A DNA stretch of 64,000 nucleotides. Source: the human T2T-CHM13v2.0 reference genome, Homo sapiens. Each line of letters opens with the position of its first letter. The stretch's first letter is position 1. The translations under genes were made by a program, and so were the position numbers. The notes beneath the pieces were generated by a model. That model made no database searches. It saw only the letters and a program-made list of their open reading frames with translations, and was not told where the DNA came from. Of this stretch, positions 1-64,000 are shown in pieces. The stretch is from assembly GCF_009914755.1 (NCBI RefSeq), contig NC_060929.1; one strand, written 5' to 3'.

Positions 1-510
1 AAAAGAGTCTCAAGAAAAACTCTAATTTTAGGATATTCCCATAAACAAGCAGATAAAACTCCTTTAAAATGAATGCAAATCTCTCTGGTAGAACATAATT
101 TCTTTCTTAAGAGTATTCTTGCCTGTAATACTGTAGCAATACAATTGATTATATTTCCCTGAGACACACTTCCAGGGCCTAATCAGATTATGGGCTGTGG
201 CAAAAGATTTAACAGGCCCAGATTGTGTTCAGTCCCCAAAAGGAGATAGCTCTGACTCATATGATTTTCAAGAGAGCAACTGTGCACATGACAACTAAGT
301 TATTATCAAGGGTCATAGGAATAGCCTTGAAAGAAAAAACGTTAAGACCCATCAAGCATTAGTAAAGATTCACTGTGATCCACAACCCACCACAACTACC
401 AGAATCACAGATCAAAGAGTATGAATGTGAACAAAGGACCGCTCATCTGGTCAAAACCTGATCTATTATGTATCAGAAAAGAAATATTAAACAATTTAAT
501 AGAATAAACC

Positions 511-6620
<6,110 letters not shown>

Positions 6621-7989
6621 TTCAATAATTGGTTATTGTGCCAAAAAATACTTCCCTGTCAGTGAAACTGAATAGTTCTGGAGAAATATGCTTTCTCAAC
6701 TATACACCCATCAACCAGAAGAACCCATGCTTGGTTTTAAAGTTAAGGATAGGTTTACTTTTTATTACTCTTTTGTTTGGTTCGAATATTTCCAGTGATT
6801 TCCAGGTCAAATGTTTACTTTGTTCATCACCATAAAAAAATTCCAAGACACATAGATTACACCAGGGCAGTCTTCTAGTCATCTAGAAATCAAATACTGA
6901 AACCCTAGGGAATCTGGTTCCATTCTTAGGCTTTATGTCCCATGTTGAATCCTAACAGCATTTGAAAGCCTACTATGTGCAAAACATTATAGGTTGTTAA
7001 TAACTGCAATAGTAACATTGCATGTAAAAATATTACAAACTTCAGTGGACATCATGCACTATGGATACATATTCTACTAGAAGGAAGGATGTTTTCATAT
7101 TCTCTTGCATAAACTTGCTGCTCTAGCCTATGGACAGATTATTTCATCTTAAAAGATAATTAAAACAGAAAAAAAAAATAATGGAATGTTTATAAACATA
7201 TGCAATTGCCAATATGGTTTGTTGTTTTATTTTATGTTTGTTTTTTTTCCACAGGAGAGCAGAAGAAAAACTTATGGTTCATAAATGCTTAATCAAGTGT
7301 CGTTGATTCTCTAAAATTTCTCCTCAAAGATGCCTGGCAAAGTATCTCCAAGAGCTTTTAGCATTCTATAATCACGCATTCTGATTTGTTGCACAAAGGG
7401 AAAAATAAAATCTAGAATTGCTTAGACGGTAGAACTATTTACAGTATTTTATAAAACTGGGCTATATTAAGTACAGTGTTACAAGGTGGTTACTATATTG
7501 TACTATTTAGTAGATACTTTCTGATGTCTTTTAGTATATAACATTTGGTTTAAAGATGAGTATATTTTGAATATATTAATTATAAACACAGCATTTTGGT
7601 ATTAAAATGTTGACCCTCAGATCCTTAGTCAAGATATAACTTTTACCATATTTTTCCTTTGGGGATAAAAGAACAAACTTGCACTATTATTATTAGCTTA
7701 TGTAATAAAAAAATAAAATTTTATATTGTTTTATATTAAAAAAATTTAATATATGAAACAATTGAAGTTTTATGTTAAGCTTCTCTAATAATCACTTTCA
7801 CAGAAATTAAGCTAATAAATAAATGTTCAAAATGATTTCATATAAAACTGTAGCTCTGAGTTAATATGTACAGCTAATCATCTTTTCATAATCAGTTTGT
7901 TTCAACTTTTCATGTAAACATACTAAAAATTCCTGGAATGCAGATCTGAATAATTACACATGAATTCTTTTTAATTTTTTATTAAAAAT

Positions 7990-9705
7990 GAAAGAAACAC
8001 AGCTAAACAATTTATTTACAATTGCACAAGGTTTGAAACAGCTATCCTATTCCTGTTAAAGCTTCACATTTAAAAATGTCTACATGATATGTGCTTGTAC
8101 AAGGCTTGAGTATCAACCACAAATGTGACTTTAGCAGCTTTATTGCATAATGATCCACATAACGCTGCATTATTTGCTTAGTTTAGCCTACATCATAAAG
8201 TGCTATTCATAGATGGGAAATTAACAGCCTGCTAAACACTGAAGTTCTCCATGATATTTGCTACTTGAGTTGAGGGTAAAAAGCTAATTTAATGCTACCA
8301 GCCTGAGTAACAGATTTCCATTAAAAATATAACAACAAGGACAACCAAAAAAAACAGGCCTAAAAGTTTTGGTTACCCTGTTAAAACATGTCAAAAGCAT
8401 TCCATAAATGATTACTGCTACAATGCATAAAAGTAGTTTCTGAATATTTTAACCTCAAAAAAATAAGTACTTTAAATAAAAACCACCTACTTGAAAGCAA
8501 CACCTTTCAAAAACAGACACACAATTTAGATAGAATGTAATTCCTCAAATTAAAAGATATTTTAAAGGGTACACAGTCATTGTGATCTTAGTTATCATTT
8601 CTAAGTAATTAAATTTGTATTTTTACTTGCTTATATTAGAAATGCTTATTACCAATGAGAAACAGAAAATGCCACATAAGTGAACATTTAAATGTTACAA
8701 AAATTTATAATATATGTAACGCTACTAAAATATATAATGAACTTTTCAAACATGTAAATATAAATCAGGAAAACCTGATATGTAATAATTGGGCCAAAAA
8801 TGAAAATCACAAAACACAGTAAGGGGGTAAAAGAATAAATATGACTTTTAATATCAGTCCATCTTTACCAATATATCTGAAAAATAATTCTTTGACATAA
8901 GAACAAATATTTTCACAGAATAAGAAAAACTAAAGATAAATTTCTCTGAAAAAAAGTATATAAAGTGAGAAGTTTAATGTGTTAGCTGAGAACTTTGTGT
9001 TTTCTGCAAGAAACCATGCTTACTACCCATGCTGTTAAATGAGTGTTATGGCTAAGCAGACTCTTAAAATGTCCTTAGCAATACAGTTTGTGGTCTTAAC
9101 AAAACAAAACAGTAGTATTCCTTTTCCAGGCAATATATTTTTAATAGTTACACACTTTAAAATACATAATTTTCCACTTAAATATACTACCACTTTTATG
9201 GTGTTTTTCTTTTAACCTATCTAGAACTTTGTTTTCCTATTGAAAACAAATGCAAGACACATTGCTTAGTACTAATTCCTATCCATAAGGCATTTAAAAA
9301 ATATCTTCTCTTAGGACATAAACATGATATAAAAATGAAAAGTCAAACAGAAGAGAATCATAATAAATACTTTTGTATCCCCCCCACCATAAGGAAAGTG
9401 TCAGCAACACCAGCTGACAGAAATAAATTAGATATCCTGTACATAAAGTAAAAGACAGTCCAGTTGCAAAGTTAACCACTTCAGTATTAACTTGGAAAGA
9501 ACATCTTCACTTTCATCATTTGTGAAAGGCAGAACAACGACATGAAGACACAAGGCTGTTTAGATTTTCTGTATTTCAAGAAGAATCATACTCAAACACA
9601 AGTGGGGTGACAGAACACTCAGCGATATGTAATTAGTTACGAAGGTTAACGCTAAGGCATTGCTTTGTTTACAGTTTTTATCCTGAGTCACATCAGATGT
9701 TTCAA
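7990..9705 (-). other. TRIM36: TRIM36 3' UTR (AT-rich, no recognisable repeats, about 1.7 kb)
   Basis: Follows the stop codon and ends near an AATAAA with downstream GU/U-rich sequence; the exact end is inferred. Confidence 0.65.
8011..8016 (-). terminator. Candidate polyadenylation signal AATAAA of TRIM36
   Basis: Minus strand reads TGTAAATAAA followed by ttgtttagctgtgtttctttc; a second AATAAA lies about 33 nt further on. Confidence 0.6.
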
Positions 9706-63251
<53,546 letters not shown>

Positions 63252-64000
63252 GTTTACACCCCTTCACAAACTCTGGAGGACCGACGCGGGTGTATCGAAT
63301 TTGTCCTTTCTTTTCTCTTTTTCTGTTTTTAGTCTGAGTTTTGCCGAGCTCCCCGCCCATAAGCTGTTAACCAGGAAAAGAGGGGAAGCGCCGGGGAAAG
63401 CAAGAAGCGGGCTTGGGTGAAATGAAGGCCATCGAGGGCTCCCGGGCAGCCTCGCCCGGCTTGCTAGGATCCGGGTGCAGCGGTCGGGGCTGCGCGATCT
63501 AACGGAACAAACGAGGGCGGCGGCGGCGGCAGCAGAGGCCGTGAAACCCTCACCAGGCGGAGCCGGGCGCGCGGAGGCCCCGCCTCCTCGGGGGTCGCGG
63601 CAGCGGTTCGGACCGCAGCGGAGACAAACAAACGCGCACACAAAGCGGGTCCGCACTCGGCTCAGCGCGGCCCCAGCTAGACATTCCCCGGCCTTTATCG
63701 CATGCCGGCAGGTTGGCCGTCCCCGGCTCTCGGCGCGAAGATCTGGAAAAAAGCCCCATCTCACTGTCTGGAGGTGCGAGGGCAGACAGAAACGAATACA
63801 GAGGAGGCGCAACAAAGGGGCTGGCTGCCAGCGCCGGAAAATAAATAAATAAATACATAAGTGAAGGCCAGGAAATGGCAACGGCGCATCTCAAGTCAGC
63901 CTTCCTGAAATCCAATAGGTAATAAAGACCAAGCCCCGCGCTTCGGAGATGAGAACAAATACAGGGATTGTATTTTAAACACTCTGTGTAAGGTCTGTTG

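Noticed and set aside
63515-63535. (GGC)5 in the 5' UTR as an expandable repeat
   Set aside because: Too short and interrupted to suggest instability.

Overview
This is primate, almost certainly human, genomic DNA (it carries an AluYb8), not a prokaryotic window. It holds the whole TRIM36 gene (RING/B-box/coiled-coil/COS/FN3/SPRY E3 ligase) on the minus strand. I rebuilt 10 coding exons with GT-AG borders and consistent phases (2187 nt, 728 aa + stop). There are two CpG-island first exons (MSESGEM... at 63.2 kb, MEGDGSDSP at 52.8 kb) and two alternative terminal exons giving 60-61 aa micro-isoforms. The rest is repeat-rich: a full-length dead L1PA past the 3' end, a full-length L1PB in intron 2, a two-LTR THE1/MST provirus with a nested MER52 LTR, Tigger3, MITEs and about 20 Alus. 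I found no new multi-gene system. The best observations are small: a duplicated exon-6 acceptor that would add an in-frame stop, several templated-insertion or snap-back scars, a tailless 5S rRNA retrocopy with TSDs, a uORF overlapping the start codon and a DSGxxS degron-like motif. Repeat subfamily names come from recalled consensus sequences, and repeat boundaries are approximate.
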